DNA of 64,000 nucleotides from assembly GCA_034530875.2 (NCBI GenBank), contig JAVRCJ020000007.1, positions 192,001-256,000 of the forward strand. The letters are read 5' to 3'. This stretch comes from Nostoc sp. DedSLP01 (lineage in GTDB: Bacteria; Cyanobacteriota; Cyanobacteriia; Cyanobacteriales; Nostocaceae). Within the stretch, counting starts at the first letter, position 1; each line of letters begins with the position of its first letter. Made by a program: the position numbers and the translations under genes. The notes below the pieces were generated by a model. It did no database searches. It saw only the letters and a list, made by a program, of their open reading frames with translations, and was not told the origin of the DNA. Below, piece after piece: positions 42,913 through 52,653 of the stretch.

Positions 42913-43248
42913 ATTTTAACCAGAAAATCCTGGAATCGGACTTCTCGAATTAAAAATCAACTGTGACAAGATCGTAACTCGATCGCCATCTGATTAGGGT
43001 AGTCCTGCACAATAATACCAACTTGGATTCAGAGATGGCTGTCGCTCGTCACCACTGGTATTTTTCAGAACTTAAATTAGGATTGCTGTAAAGCTACATT
43101 GAGGCAATTCTAGCAGAGCGATCGCATTCAACCTGTTTTAACAATTAGTTACATAGATGGTGATATGGCGAGAACCTGAAGCTAAGTTCGTAAGTAAGAT
43201 TGAGTATGTTAGCCTGACAGTAGTAAAAACCAAAGGTCAGTCTTAGCA

Positions 43249-44055
43249 ATGACAGCCACGACATCCCAGAATTTATCAGATGAATTAGCTGAACGGGGCT
43301 GGCGAACTGAAATTGTCACCCAGCCTGATGGTAGTATTGATTACGTAAAAATTCCCTTAACTTCGGAAGAGTTTCTCCATCCACAAGAAGGATATCACTT
43401 GCCTAATAGTACCTTTCATGACGATGCGGCCGGTGATGCCAAAGATATGCTGACTCGTCGTTATGCCAATGATTCCACCGCAGGAGTCTTCCGCGATTTG
43501 ATTATTCAATGGGGGATTCCCAATTTGAAAAATCATTGTCCAGATACTTTTGTCGTTTTTGGAATTCAAAATAAAGAACAGAACCGTACTGAGTTTGTTG
43601 TATCTGAAGAAGGGGCGCGTCCTTCGTTGATTATTGAAGTAGTTTCTCCTCGTTATCGTAAGGAAGACCGACAAACAAAAGTCAAGCACTATGCCGAAGC
43701 TGGCGTGCAGGAGTATTTAATTATCGACCGACGCAAGCAACGCCAGCAAGTGATTGACGAAGTTCTGGGTTATCGTTTAGTTGATGGGCAATACTTGCCA
43801 CTGACTCCAGATGAGGATGGACGCATTTTGTGTGAGACAGTTGGGCTGTTGATTGGACTTCAGGATGGGCGAGTCGTCATGGAAGATGTTGAGACTGGCG
43901 AACGACTTCTGACTTCCCTGGAGTTGGAACAACGCGCCATCCAAACCGAACAACGCGCTATCCAAGCCGAACAACGCGCTATCCAAGCCGAACAACGGGC
44001 GGCAAGATTAGCAGAATTATTACAGGCACAAGGGATCGATCCTAATCAAATTTGA
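43249..44055 (+). CDS. Uma2 family protein with C-terminal AEQRAIQ heptad repeats
   Basis: HCPDTFVV, PSLIIEVVSP, YAEAGVQEYLIID; 21-bp repeats at about 43927-43998. Confidence 0.92.
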   Translation: MTATTSQNLSDELAERGWRTEIVTQPDGSIDYVKIPLTSEEFLHPQEGYHLPNSTFHDDAAGDAKDMLTRRYANDSTAGVFRDLIIQWGIPNLKNHCPDTFVVFGIQNKEQNRTEFVVSEEGARPSLIIEVVSPRYRKEDRQTKVKHYAEAGVQEYLIIDRRKQRQQVIDEVLGYRLVDGQYLPLTPDEDGRILCETVGLLIGLQDGRVVMEDVETGERLLTSLELEQRAIQTEQRAIQAEQRAIQAEQRAARLAELLQAQGIDPNQI

Positions 44056-44253
44056 CCGAATACTGAGTCTATACATAGCTTAGGCTGGTTGGTGATTGTT
44101 CGTTGAATTCCCTTGCCCATAATAAAAGCTGCGATAATCCTCTAGATTAATAAGTTTAGTAAAGTTCGCGTTATCGTTGAACCCAGCCTATTGGCATCAA
44201 GATTTTGTACTGATAGATTAGTAATATATTTTACACAAGTATGTAGAGCCAAC

Positions 44254-44772
44254 GTGAATAAGTCACAGAGTATTAAGCTGCTTGAAAGTGAGGGATGGAC
44301 AAAAGCAGATGCTATGCGTGCATTAGAGGTAATTGACTTTAGTGCCAATCCTGATGAGATTACCATTCGCAGAGGTATTTCGCTTTTTGCTGGTTCTGAG
44401 CTAATTAAGCGTCAACGTCTTCAAGCTGCACAGAAAGGTTTGGTAACAAAGAAAACCAATGAGATTCAGAAAAATAATCAGGAATATGCTGCCAAGATTG
44501 AACAACTGAAGAAATCTCAAAAATATGAAACTGAAATTCAAAATTTATCTGACACCAACAAATTGTTAGAAATGAAACTGAAAACTATAAATACTCAAAA
44601 TAACGAGCTAACGCAAGCAAATGAGCAACTAAAAAAAGATAATAAATTATTAAAAAATTTAATAGATGAAATCAAGTTGAAATTGGCTATGAATACCAAA
44701 AAGCTTCTTCAGTATGAAGATAGCGAAATCCGTCAAGCTTTAATTATGATGTTCAAATCGACACTAGGCTAA
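44254..44772 (+). CDS. Hypothetical coiled-coil protein
   Basis: Probable GTG start (MNKSQSIKLLESEGWTKADAMRAL); long heptad-rich C-terminal half. Confidence 0.8.
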   Translation: MNKSQSIKLLESEGWTKADAMRALEVIDFSANPDEITIRRGISLFAGSELIKRQRLQAAQKGLVTKKTNEIQKNNQEYAAKIEQLKKSQKYETEIQNLSDTNKLLEMKLKTINTQNNELTQANEQLKKDNKLLKNLIDEIKLKLAMNTKKLLQYEDSEIRQALIMMFKSTLG

Positions 44773-44784
44773 TTGAGTGGATTT

Positions 44785-45180
44785 ATGACTAACCAAAAGA
44801 AAGTTTTTCAAAGCATGAGTTACCGCGATCTTCAACGTGCTAACTCCAAGAATAGAATTCAGCTGCGTAAGGAAGACCAAGTTTGGCTAAAAGAAAATTT
44901 TTATAAAAATCTTGGTTGGATTAATGTTATTAATCTTTATGAAAAAATTCAAGACTTTTTCAATAAATATGGTGTTGAAGAATTAACGCTTGAGGAATTG
45001 TTTTTAGAAGCTGACCGTATTGGCAATAAATATCTGACAATCCAAGAGATACAAGACTTTAATCAAAGCTTATCTAGAGAAGTCAACGATATTGCAGAAG
45101 AAATAGATAAGCAGTTTCCAAATACAGAAATAGAATTTATTGATTTCAGTAAAAAAACTAAAAACAGATATTGGAATTAA
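44785..45180 (+). CDS. Hypothetical protein
   Basis: Starts at or within 12 bp of the upstream stop; helical, acidic C-terminus; no recognised family. Confidence 0.78.
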   Translation: MTNQKKVFQSMSYRDLQRANSKNRIQLRKEDQVWLKENFYKNLGWINVINLYEKIQDFFNKYGVEELTLEELFLEADRIGNKYLTIQEIQDFNQSLSREVNDIAEEIDKQFPNTEIEFIDFSKKTKNRYWN

Positions 45181-45210
45181 GTAAATTAAAAACTTTATTT
45201 TTGGATAAAT

Positions 45211-45663
45211 ATGATGAATTTTCCAGATAAAAGCTTAAAAGAATTATTCGATCTGGCAAATAAAATTGGTAATAAGCGATATCACAAACTAACTCCTCAA
45301 GATTTTGAAAATTACAGAAAATTCGATTATTGGCGCTATATTAATGGTGATTATGAATGTGGAACAACGCAAGAAAGTAAAGATTGGGTCAAAGCACATT
45401 CAAGCTGGTACTGTCCGATTTGTGGCGATCGCTACTCTGAGAAAGGTGGTAAGACGGTAGACCACAAACTACCTCGATCGCAATATCCCTGGTTATCAAT
45501 AGAATTTCAGAATTTATGGGTTATTTGCCAGGTTTGCAACCAAGAAAAGAGCGAAATGCATTGGTACGAGTACGAACACTATGTATTTGTTCGCTATCCT
45601 CATCTTTATATTTCTGTAAAAGCTGCACGTCCTAGCTCGTTGCTCCAGTCTTTAAAAGATTAA
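45211..45663 (+). CDS. HNH endonuclease (Zn-finger, McrA-like)
   Basis: YCPICG...TVDHKLPRS...NLWVICQVCNQEKS. Confidence 0.9.
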   Translation: MMNFPDKSLKELFDLANKIGNKRYHKLTPQDFENYRKFDYWRYINGDYECGTTQESKDWVKAHSSWYCPICGDRYSEKGGKTVDHKLPRSQYPWLSIEFQNLWVICQVCNQEKSEMHWYEYEHYVFVRYPHLYISVKAARPSSLLQSLKD

Positions 45664-45741
45664 AGCGTTTATTGTGATGAGCTTTGATTTGGGTCAAAAA
45701 TGCTAGAATCGCTTCAGCACAAATGCTTTCAGGCATCTTTG

Positions 45742-46974
45742 ATGACTTTCGACCTTCCCGACTCCCTGATTCTCGATACGGCACTTTCGGTATCTGGTTT
45801 AACTGACTATATCCGCTTGCTGCTAGAGCAAGATGAACAACTGCGGCAAGTTTGGGTGACTGGGGAAGTCTCCAGCGCTAACCACCATCGCAGCGGCTTA
45901 TTTTTCACGTTGCAAGATACAGATGGCACCGCAGGAATTAAGTGTGTGGTATGGAATAGTCAATTGGCAAAACTCGCGCAATTACCGGTTCCTGGGGAAC
46001 AGATAATTATTTTGGGTAGTATTCGAGTTTACCCACAACGCGGAGAATATCAGCTGTCAGTTTGGCAGACTTTACCTGCTGGTGTTGGTTTACAGGCGCT
46101 ACGCTATCAACAACTCAAAAATCGCTTGCTCGCTGAAGGCTTATTCGATCCACAAAGGAAGCGATCGCTCCCCATTCATCCCCAAACCATTGCCGTAGTC
46201 ACTTCACCAACTGCGGCGGCTTGGGGTGATATTCAAAAAACTCTCAAGCAAAGATATCCAGGCTTACACGTTTTATTTTCTCCAGCCACAGTACAAGGCG
46301 AACAAGCACCAGAATCTATAGTTAAAGCAATTGAGCGAGTTGACTGGGATGGCCGTGCCGAAGTGCTAATTTTATCGCGTGGTGGTGGTGCGGTTGAGGA
46401 ATTGGCTTGTTTTAATGACGAACGAGTAGTAAGGGCTGTTGCTAGTTGTTCGATTCCAGTAATTACTGGCATTGGGCATCAACGAGATGAATCTTTAGTA
46501 GATTTAGTTGCAGATGTATGCGTGCATACACCAACGGCGGCAGCGGAAAGAGTTGTGCCGGCAATTGCAGAGTTATATGCCGAACATCGGCAGCGAGTTC
46601 TGGCTTTGCATGAGGTGGTGTATGACTCGTGGGAAGCTGCTGAAAATAAACTGCAAGCATTGCGAAACCGTTTGCGACGTTTGCGGTTAGATCGGCAAGT
46701 GCAGCAGGAAGCGCAGAAGCTAGTTTGGAAGCGTCAGCAATTGGTGCAAGTGACGATCGCGCGATCGCACCAAGCAAAGCAGCATTTGGAATTATTGCGG
46801 CAAAAGTTGGCAACTCTCGATCCGAAAGCTGTGTTGCAGCGTGGTTATGCAGTGGTGAGACAGGAAAATGGTGCGATCGCTCGTAGTGCGGCTGAGTTAG
46901 AAGTAGGGCAAGATTTATCGATTCAGTTGGGACAGGGTGAGGTGAAAGTGAAAGTTACGGAAGTAAAAAAGTAG
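45742..46974 (+). CDS. xseA: Exodeoxyribonuclease VII large subunit
   Basis: WVTGEVS, VVTSPTAAAWGD, VQGEQA, SRGGGAVEEL, TGIGHQRD, TPTAAAE, LQRGYAVV. Confidence 0.97.
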   Translation: MTFDLPDSLILDTALSVSGLTDYIRLLLEQDEQLRQVWVTGEVSSANHHRSGLFFTLQDTDGTAGIKCVVWNSQLAKLAQLPVPGEQIIILGSIRVYPQRGEYQLSVWQTLPAGVGLQALRYQQLKNRLLAEGLFDPQRKRSLPIHPQTIAVVTSPTAAAWGDIQKTLKQRYPGLHVLFSPATVQGEQAPESIVKAIERVDWDGRAEVLILSRGGGAVEELACFNDERVVRAVASCSIPVITGIGHQRDESLVDLVADVCVHTPTAAAERVVPAIAELYAEHRQRVLALHEVVYDSWEAAENKLQALRNRLRRLRLDRQVQQEAQKLVWKRQQLVQVTIARSHQAKQHLELLRQKLATLDPKAVLQRGYAVVRQENGAIARSAAELEVGQDLSIQLGQGEVKVKVTEVKK

Positions 46975-47120
46975 TTTAGATATATAGCGACTTACAACAG
47001 ATTAGTGTCAGGAATGCGATCGCTCGATTTTGTAAACAATGCCAAAAATTGAGCGCAGGTATAATGACAGAGATAGCTAGAAACCAAATTTAGATATGTG
47101 CGATCGCCACATCTCAAGGC

Positions 47121-47149
47121 GCGATGTCTGCGACGGGCTACGCCTACGC
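47121..47149 (-). repeat. 21-nt small dispersed repeat inserted in HIP1
   Basis: Minus strand GCG + TAGGCGTAGCCCGTCGCAGAC + ATCGC. Confidence 0.75.
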
Positions 47150-47224
47150 TAAAAGCAGTGTAATTCATTTTGAGACTGATTCGTTATAATATTGACGATA
47201 AACTTTGCTAAAGAGGGCAAATAT

Positions 47225-47434
47225 ATGACTAGCCGCGAGCAGCTTATCCAAGAAATTGCAGAGCTTCCAGATGAGTTAGTCAAAGTAATGTTAGATTTTT
47301 TGCATCGGGTTCAGGCAACGCATAGTCATCATCCTCTAGCAAAATTTGCGGGTATTTTGAGTGATGATGAAGCGGCTGATTTACAGAAAGCAATTCAAAC
47401 TGATTGTCGTCAGGTTGATTTAAATGAGTGGTGA
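47225..47434 (+). CDS. Probable antitoxin of VapC
   Basis: MTSREQLIQEIAELPDELVKVMLDFL...PLAKFAGILSDDEA; overlaps the vapC start. Confidence 0.8.
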   Translation: MTSREQLIQEIAELPDELVKVMLDFLHRVQATHSHHPLAKFAGILSDDEAADLQKAIQTDCRQVDLNEW

Positions 47435-47813
47435 AATTGCGTTAGATACTTCTGTTGCAGTACGTTTTCTAAATGGCGATCCTAATGTTGTTTCAAGGGT
47501 ATTAGCGTTACCAGAAATATTTTTGTCGGTGGTAGTAGTGGGAGAGTTACTATTTGGGGCTGAGAACTCGACTCGACCGTTGAAAAATCTTCCTCGATAT
47601 TTGGAGTTTATAGAAGTTTGTGCGGTTGTGCCTGTGGAAAAGCGAACGGCAGTTATCTATGCTCAGACTCGTTTGGCTTTGAAGCGCAAAGGGCGACCAA
47701 TTCCTATGAATGATGTTTGGATTGCAGCACACTGTCTAGAACATGGTTGGGTGCTTGTTACCAATGATTCAGATTTTGATTATGTGGATGGATTGGTTAT
47801 AGAGCATTGGTAA
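47424..47813 (+). CDS. vapC: VapC/PIN toxin
   Basis: ALDTSV, VVGELLFGA, GRPIPMNDVWIAA, LVTNDSDF. Confidence 0.93.
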   Translation: MSGEIALDTSVAVRFLNGDPNVVSRVLALPEIFLSVVVVGELLFGAENSTRPLKNLPRYLEFIEVCAVVPVEKRTAVIYAQTRLALKRKGRPIPMNDVWIAAHCLEHGWVLVTNDSDFDYVDGLVIEHW

Positions 47814-47859
47814 TGATAGCTATTATGTTTTGAGATCGCTTTTCCCATCATTTCAAAGC

Positions 47860-47888
47860 GCGTTAGCGTAGCCCGCCGCAGGCATCGC
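47860..47888 (+). repeat. 21-nt small dispersed repeat inserted in HIP1
   Basis: GCG + TTAGCGTAGCCCGCCGCAGGC + ATCGC; same family as 47121..47149, opposite orientation. Confidence 0.75.
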
Positions 47889-47974
47889 CAACAAGTGATA
47901 ATGTAGCATTTTTCACTAATCAGTTAAGATAATCTTCATCAATCTTCTTTCCTTTTACCCTTTTCCTTGGAATT

Positions 47975-50900
47975 ATGACGCAGGATGAGTTATTGGTACT
48001 GATAGATCGCGCCGTGGCTGAGGGTTGGCGAGAGTTAGACTTGTCGGGACAAGAGTTGACACAGTTACCTGTAGAAATTGGTAAATTGCAGCAGCTTGAG
48101 TCTTTGATTTTGGGAAAGAAGGTTGAAGGTTATGAAGAAGTAGGAAACCGCTATTTCCAGAAGGTTTCAGGCAACAATTTCAAAACGCTTCCACTTGAAC
48201 TATTGAATTTGCCTAATTTGCGGAAGTTGGATATTAGTGGCAATCCTTTAGAGAGCATTCTCGATGTGGTAACGCAAATACTACTATATTTAGAGGAACT
48301 TATCTTAATTCGAGTAGAGCTAACTGAAATACCTGATGCGATCGCGCAATTAACCAATCTGACGCAGCTTCACCTTGATAGCAACCAAATAACCGAGATT
48401 CCAGAGGCGATCGCGAAATTAACCAATCTGACGCAGCTTCACCTCAGTGACAACCAAATAACCGAGATTCCAGAGGCGATCGCTAATTTAACCAATCTGA
48501 CGCAGCTTCACCTCAGTAGCAACCAAATAACCCAAATACCGGAGGGGATCGCTAAATTAACCAATCTGACGCAGCTTGACCTCAGTAGCAACCAAATAAC
48601 CCAAATACCGGAGGCGATCGCTAAATTAACCAATCTGACGCAGCTTGACCTGGATGGCAACCAAATAACCCAGATACCAGAGGCGATCGCGCAATTAACC
48701 AATCTGACGCAGCTTTACCTTAGTTTCAACCAAATAACCCAGATACCAGAGGCGATCGCGCAATTAACCTATCTGACGCAGCTTTTCCTCAGTGACAACC
48801 AAATAACCCAGATACCAGAGACGATCGCGCAATTAACCAATCTGACGCAGCTTTTCCTCAGTGACAACCAAATAACCCAGATACCAGAGACGATTGCGCA
48901 ATTAACCAATCTGACGCAGCTTTTCCTCAGTAACAACCAAATAACCGAGATACCAGAGACGATCGCGCAATTAACCAATCTGACGCAGCTTGTTCTCTAT
49001 AACAACCAAATAACCGAGATACCAGAGACGATCGGTAAATTAACCAATCTGACGCAGCTTGACCTGGATGGCAACCAAATAACCGAGATACCAGAGACGA
49101 TCACGCAATTAACCAATCTGACGCAGCTTGACCTCCGTAACAACCAAATAACCGAGATACCAGAGACGATCGGTAAATTAACCAATCTGACGCAGCTTTT
49201 CCTCAATAACAACCAAATAACCCAGATACCAGAGGCGATCGCGCAATTAACCAATCTGAGGGAGCTTTACCTCAGTAGCAACCAAATAACCCAGATACCA
49301 GAGGCGATCGAAAGTTTGCCGAAATTGGAAAAACTAGATTTACGGGGAAATCCGCTTCCTATTTCACCAGAGATTTTAGGATCTTCTAATGATGTTGGTT
49401 CAGTTGAAGACATTTTCAATTACTTGCGATTACTCCGAAGCGGTGAAGTGCGTCCACTCAACGAAGCCAAACTCTTGCTCATCGGACAAGGTAGCGTCGG
49501 CAAAACATCCCTCATCCAGCGACTAATCCGCGATAAATACGATCAAAATCAACCCCAAACCGACGGACTCAATGTGGAAACTTGGAACGTGCAGGTCAAT
49601 AGCAAAGACATCCGCCTGAATGTTTGGGACTTTGGCGGACAGGAAATTTATCATGCCACCCATCAGTTTTTTCTGACTAAGCGCAGCCTCTATCTCCTCG
49701 TTTGTAATTGTCGCACCAGCGAAGAAGAAAACCGCATCGAATATTGGCTGAAACTAATCGAAAGCTTCGGCGGACAGTCCCCCGTGATTATCGTTGGCAA
49801 CAAAAAAGACGAACAACCCCTCGACATCAACCGCAAAGCATTACGCGAAAAATATCCTAACATCCAAGCGATTATCGAAACCTCCTGCCAAGACAATATC
49901 GGCATTGATGAACTTCGCACCGCAATTTTGCAGCAAATCGCCAAACTCAAAGAAGTCTACGACCTTTTACCCCTCTCATGGTTTGAGGTTAAACAAAAAC
50001 TCGAATCCATGACTGAAGACTTCATCAGCTACAACAGCTACATCGGCATCTGCCACCAAAAAGAGATTCCCGAAGAACAAAACCAAGAGCAACTAATCGA
50101 TTTGCTGCATCGACTCGGCTTAGTTCTCAACTTCCGCGATCATCCCATCCTCAAAGATACCAACGTCCTCAAACCCAACTGGGTGACAGAAGGCATTTAC
50201 ACGCTCCTGAGCGATGAAAACCTCAAAACTAAAACCAAAGGCATTTTCACCCCCGCCGATCTCACCCGCATCCTCAATCCAGAGCGATACCCCACTAAGC
50301 GTCACGACTATCTGATCGGGCTGATGAAAGAATTTGAGCTTTGCTTTGCACTAGAATGTTACCCACCACAATTTCTGATTGCGGGACTTCTGCCTAAAGA
50401 CGAACCAGACGAAACAGAACTCGACGGCGAAACCCTGGAATTTCAATACCATTACAAAGTTCTCCCCGAAAGCATCATCTCCCGCTTCATCGTCATTACC
50501 CACGAAAAAATTCATAACCAAATCTATTGGCGCAGTGGCGTAATGCTGCAATATCAAGAAAACAACGAAATCTACAATATTGCTCGCATCAAAGCGGATC
50601 CCGAAGACAAAAAAATCTTCATCACCATTAGCGAACGTAAAGAAACCCGCCGCTTATTTCTCGGTATTCTCCGCGATGTCTTCCAAAAAATCCACAAAAG
50701 TCTTCCCAATCTCGAAATCACCGAATGGGTTCCTGTCCCCAACTATCCCAAACATCCGCCCCTCGACTACCAAGAACTACTTGGACTCGAATCAATGGGT
50801 GAAAGCACAATCACCATCGGCAAACTAAAATTAAAACTCGATTTGCGTCAACTACTTGATGGGTATGAAGATATAAGAACTCGACAAAGACAACAAATAG

Positions 50901-51394
50901 ACAAAGGAATTATTGAACCAGCCCCGATTAAGGAACCAATTATGTCAGAAAGCATCAGAAACCAAATATTTGTTAGCTACAGTCATCAAGATGCAGAATG
51001 GTTAACAGAACTACAAATACAACTAAAACCCTATATTCGTGCAGAAAATTTTATCGTTTGGGATGACACCAAAATCAAACCTGGCGCAAAATGGAAAGCC
51101 GAGATTGAAAAAGCATTAGCCACAGCTAAGGTTGCTATCCTGCTAGTCAGCCCTAACTTTATAGGCTCTGATTTCATCGACAGACATGAGCTACCCCCCT
51201 TACTCAACGCAGCCGAACAAGAGGGATTAACCATTATCTGGATTCCAATTAGTGCAAGCTCATACAGAAAAACCGACATCCAAGAATACCAAGCTGCTCA
51301 CCCTCCAGATAAACCCCTCGACAGTCTAAATAAGGCAGAACGTAACCAAGCTTGGGTAAAAATTTGCGAAGAAGTCGAAAAGGCAATGAAATAG
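47975..51394 (+). CDS. Roco-type protein: LRR array - Roc GTPase - COR - TIR
   Basis: LRRs; P-loop [11 protein letters not shown]2 QTDG, G3 WDFGGQ, G4 GNKKD; COR ([22 protein letters not shown]); TIR ([37 protein letters not shown]). Confidence 0.95.
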   Translation: MTQDELLVLIDRAVAEGWRELDLSGQELTQLPVEIGKLQQLESLILGKKVEGYEEVGNRYFQKVSGNNFKTLPLELLNLPNLRKLDISGNPLESILDVVTQILLYLEELILIRVELTEIPDAIAQLTNLTQLHLDSNQITEIPEAIAKLTNLTQLHLSDNQITEIPEAIANLTNLTQLHLSSNQITQIPEGIAKLTNLTQLDLSSNQITQIPEAIAKLTNLTQLDLDGNQITQIPEAIAQLTNLTQLYLSFNQITQIPEAIAQLTYLTQLFLSDNQITQIPETIAQLTNLTQLFLSDNQITQIPETIAQLTNLTQLFLSNNQITEIPETIAQLTNLTQLVLYNNQITEIPETIGKLTNLTQLDLDGNQITEIPETITQLTNLTQLDLRNNQITEIPETIGKLTNLTQLFLNNNQITQIPEAIAQLTNLRELYLSSNQITQIPEAIESLPKLEKLDLRGNPLPISPEILGSSNDVGSVEDIFNYLRLLRSGEVRPLNEAKLLLIGQGSVGKTSLIQRLIRDKYDQNQPQTDGLNVETWNVQVNSKDIRLNVWDFGGQEIYHATHQFFLTKRSLYLLVCNCRTSEEENRIEYWLKLIESFGGQSPVIIVGNKKDEQPLDINRKALREKYPNIQAIIETSCQDNIGIDELRTAILQQIAKLKEVYDLLPLSWFEVKQKLESMTEDFISYNSYIGICHQKEIPEEQNQEQLIDLLHRLGLVLNFRDHPILKDTNVLKPNWVTEGIYTLLSDENLKTKTKGIFTPADLTRILNPERYPTKRHDYLIGLMKEFELCFALECYPPQFLIAGLLPKDEPDETELDGETLEFQYHYKVLPESIISRFIVITHEKIHNQIYWRSGVMLQYQENNEIYNIARIKADPEDKKIFITISERKETRRLFLGILRDVFQKIHKSLPNLEITEWVPVPNYPKHPPLDYQELLGLESMGESTITIGKLKLKLDLRQLLDGYEDIRTRQRQQIDKGIIEPAPIKEPIMSESIRNQIFVSYSHQDAEWLTELQIQLKPYIRAENFIVWDDTKIKPGAKWKAEIEKALATAKVAILLVSPNFIGSDFIDRHELPPLLNAAEQEGLTIIWIPISASSYRKTDIQEYQAAHPPDKPLDSLNKAERNQAWVKICEEVEKAMK
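48326..49291 (+). repeat. 14 tandem 69-bp (23-aa) LRR units of very high nucleotide identity
   Basis: Consensus (E/Q)IPE(A/T)IA(Q/K)LTNLTQLxLxxNQIT; exact 69-bp period. Confidence 0.97.
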
Positions 51395-51424
51395 AACCTA
51401 TGTCAACATTAACCATAACAAATG

Positions 51425-51596
51425 ATATTATGTCCGGTTAATTAGTTATCATTGCGAGCGAAGCGTTCGCGGAGCGTCTCGTTCGCTGAAAGCGTCTCGT
51501 AGAGAAGAAAAGCAATCCCAGAGTCCTTGCGGTTGCTTCGCTCCACTTCGTTGCGCTCGCAATGACATATTATAAGTAATTTAGCGGACTTGATAT
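51425..51596. mobile_element. MITE-like element with ATATCAAGTCCG-type ends and internal inverted repeat
   Basis: Left ATATTATGTCCGGTTAATTAGTTAT versus right-end reverse complement ATATCAAGTCCGCTAAATTACTTAT (20/25); internal TCATTGCGAGCG...CGCTCGCAATGA. A lone similar end is at 58195. Confidence 0.7.
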
Positions 51597-51601
51597 GAGT
51601 T

Positions 51602-51906
51602 CGCCAAAATAACAAATGCGCTGCCAAAATTATAAATGCGCTCGCCAAAATCATAAATGCGCTCGCCAAAATCATAAATGCGCTCGCCAAAATCATAAAT
51701 GCGCTCACAAAATTATAAATACGCTCACAAAAATCATAAATGCGTCGCCAAAATTATAAATGCGCTCACAAAATTATAAATGCGCTCACAAAATTATAAA
51801 TGCGCTCGCCAAAATTATAAATGCGCTCACAAAATTATAAATGCGCTCGCCAAAATCATAAATGTGTCACCAAAATCATAAATGCGTCGTCAAAATCATA
51901 AATGCT
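51602..51906. repeat. About 15 tandem 20/21-bp units C(G)CCAAAAT(C/T)ATAAATGCGCT
   Basis: Read directly; mixed 20- and 21-bp units break any reading frame. Confidence 0.95.
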
Positions 51907-51945
51907 GAATCGCTATGTTTTGATAGGTGTGCAAGTGTCAATAAA

Positions 51946-52653
51946 TCAGCCATTGTTCAACTGCTGAGCAAACGCTTGATGTTCAGCTGAATTTAGCCCT
52001 GTTTGCAACACTGTCAAAACCTGTTGCATATTATCACTAACTAATGCTGAGACATCCAGCCATAATCCAGGAAATATTTGACTTTCAATGATGCCTGAGG
52101 CATTTAATAGTAATGGGACGTATTCACCATTTTGTAAGCTGAACCAGCTTACAGTCTGCTCAAAAACCTGCCAAACAATATATTCTTGAATGCCATTGCG
52201 ACGATAGGCGCGTTTTTTATCATACAAATCCTTGGTAGCACTGCTAGCGGCTACTTCTGCTACTAATTCTGGCGCACCTTCGACGTAACCATCACTACCT
52301 ATATGAGACTGTCCGCCACAGGCTGCATCGATTAACAAAATGGCGTCAGGCTGGGGTTCGTTATCTAAATCTAGGCGCACAGTTGGATTATCGCCCAATC
52401 TGACACCAGGCGTCGCTAACTTATAATTTCCCAGCCAAATCATCAAATTACCATGTGGTTCGGCATGTGATTCAAAGCGCAAAGGTGATGCCACGTAAAC
52501 GACTCCTTCGATCAATTCAGCTTTCTTAAGGTTGGGCATGGCATTGTAGCGACGCTCAAATTCTGGGCAAGTCAGGCGATCGCCACTTTCAAGAGGCGGA
52601 ATAAAAGAGGGAGAATGAATTGGAGTCGAATGTTGTGGAGATGTATTGACCAC
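51946..52653 (-). CDS. Uma2 family protein
   Basis: PPLESGDRL, KAELIEG, NEPQPDA, GAPELVAEVAASS, YRRNGIQEYIVW. Confidence 0.94.
   Translation of the reverse strand: MVNTSPQHSTPIHSPSFIPPLESGDRLTCPEFERRYNAMPNLKKAELIEGVVYVASPLRFESHAEPHGNLMIWLGNYKLATPGVRLGDNPTVRLDLDNEPQPDAILLIDAACGGQSHIGSDGYVEGAPELVAEVAASSATKDLYDKKRAYRRNGIQEYIVWQVFEQTVSWFSLQNGEYVPLLLNASGIIESQIFPGLWLDVSALVSDNMQQVLTVLQTGLNSAEHQAFAQQLNNG

Noticed and set aside
44221..44234. NtcA-like box GTA-N8-TAC before the coiled-coil/HNH unit
   Set aside because: The match is real (GTAATATATTTTAC) but lies in AT-rich DNA only 20 bp from the start codon, leaving no room for an activated promoter; a chance match is plausible.
48151..49254. Repetitive minus-strand ORFs ([10 protein letters not shown]...)
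   Set aside because: Antisense readings of the LRR array.
51442..51708. 88-aa ORF (SAFMILA repeats)
   Set aside because: Translation of the tandem array and MITE; 20-bp units break the frame elsewhere in the array.
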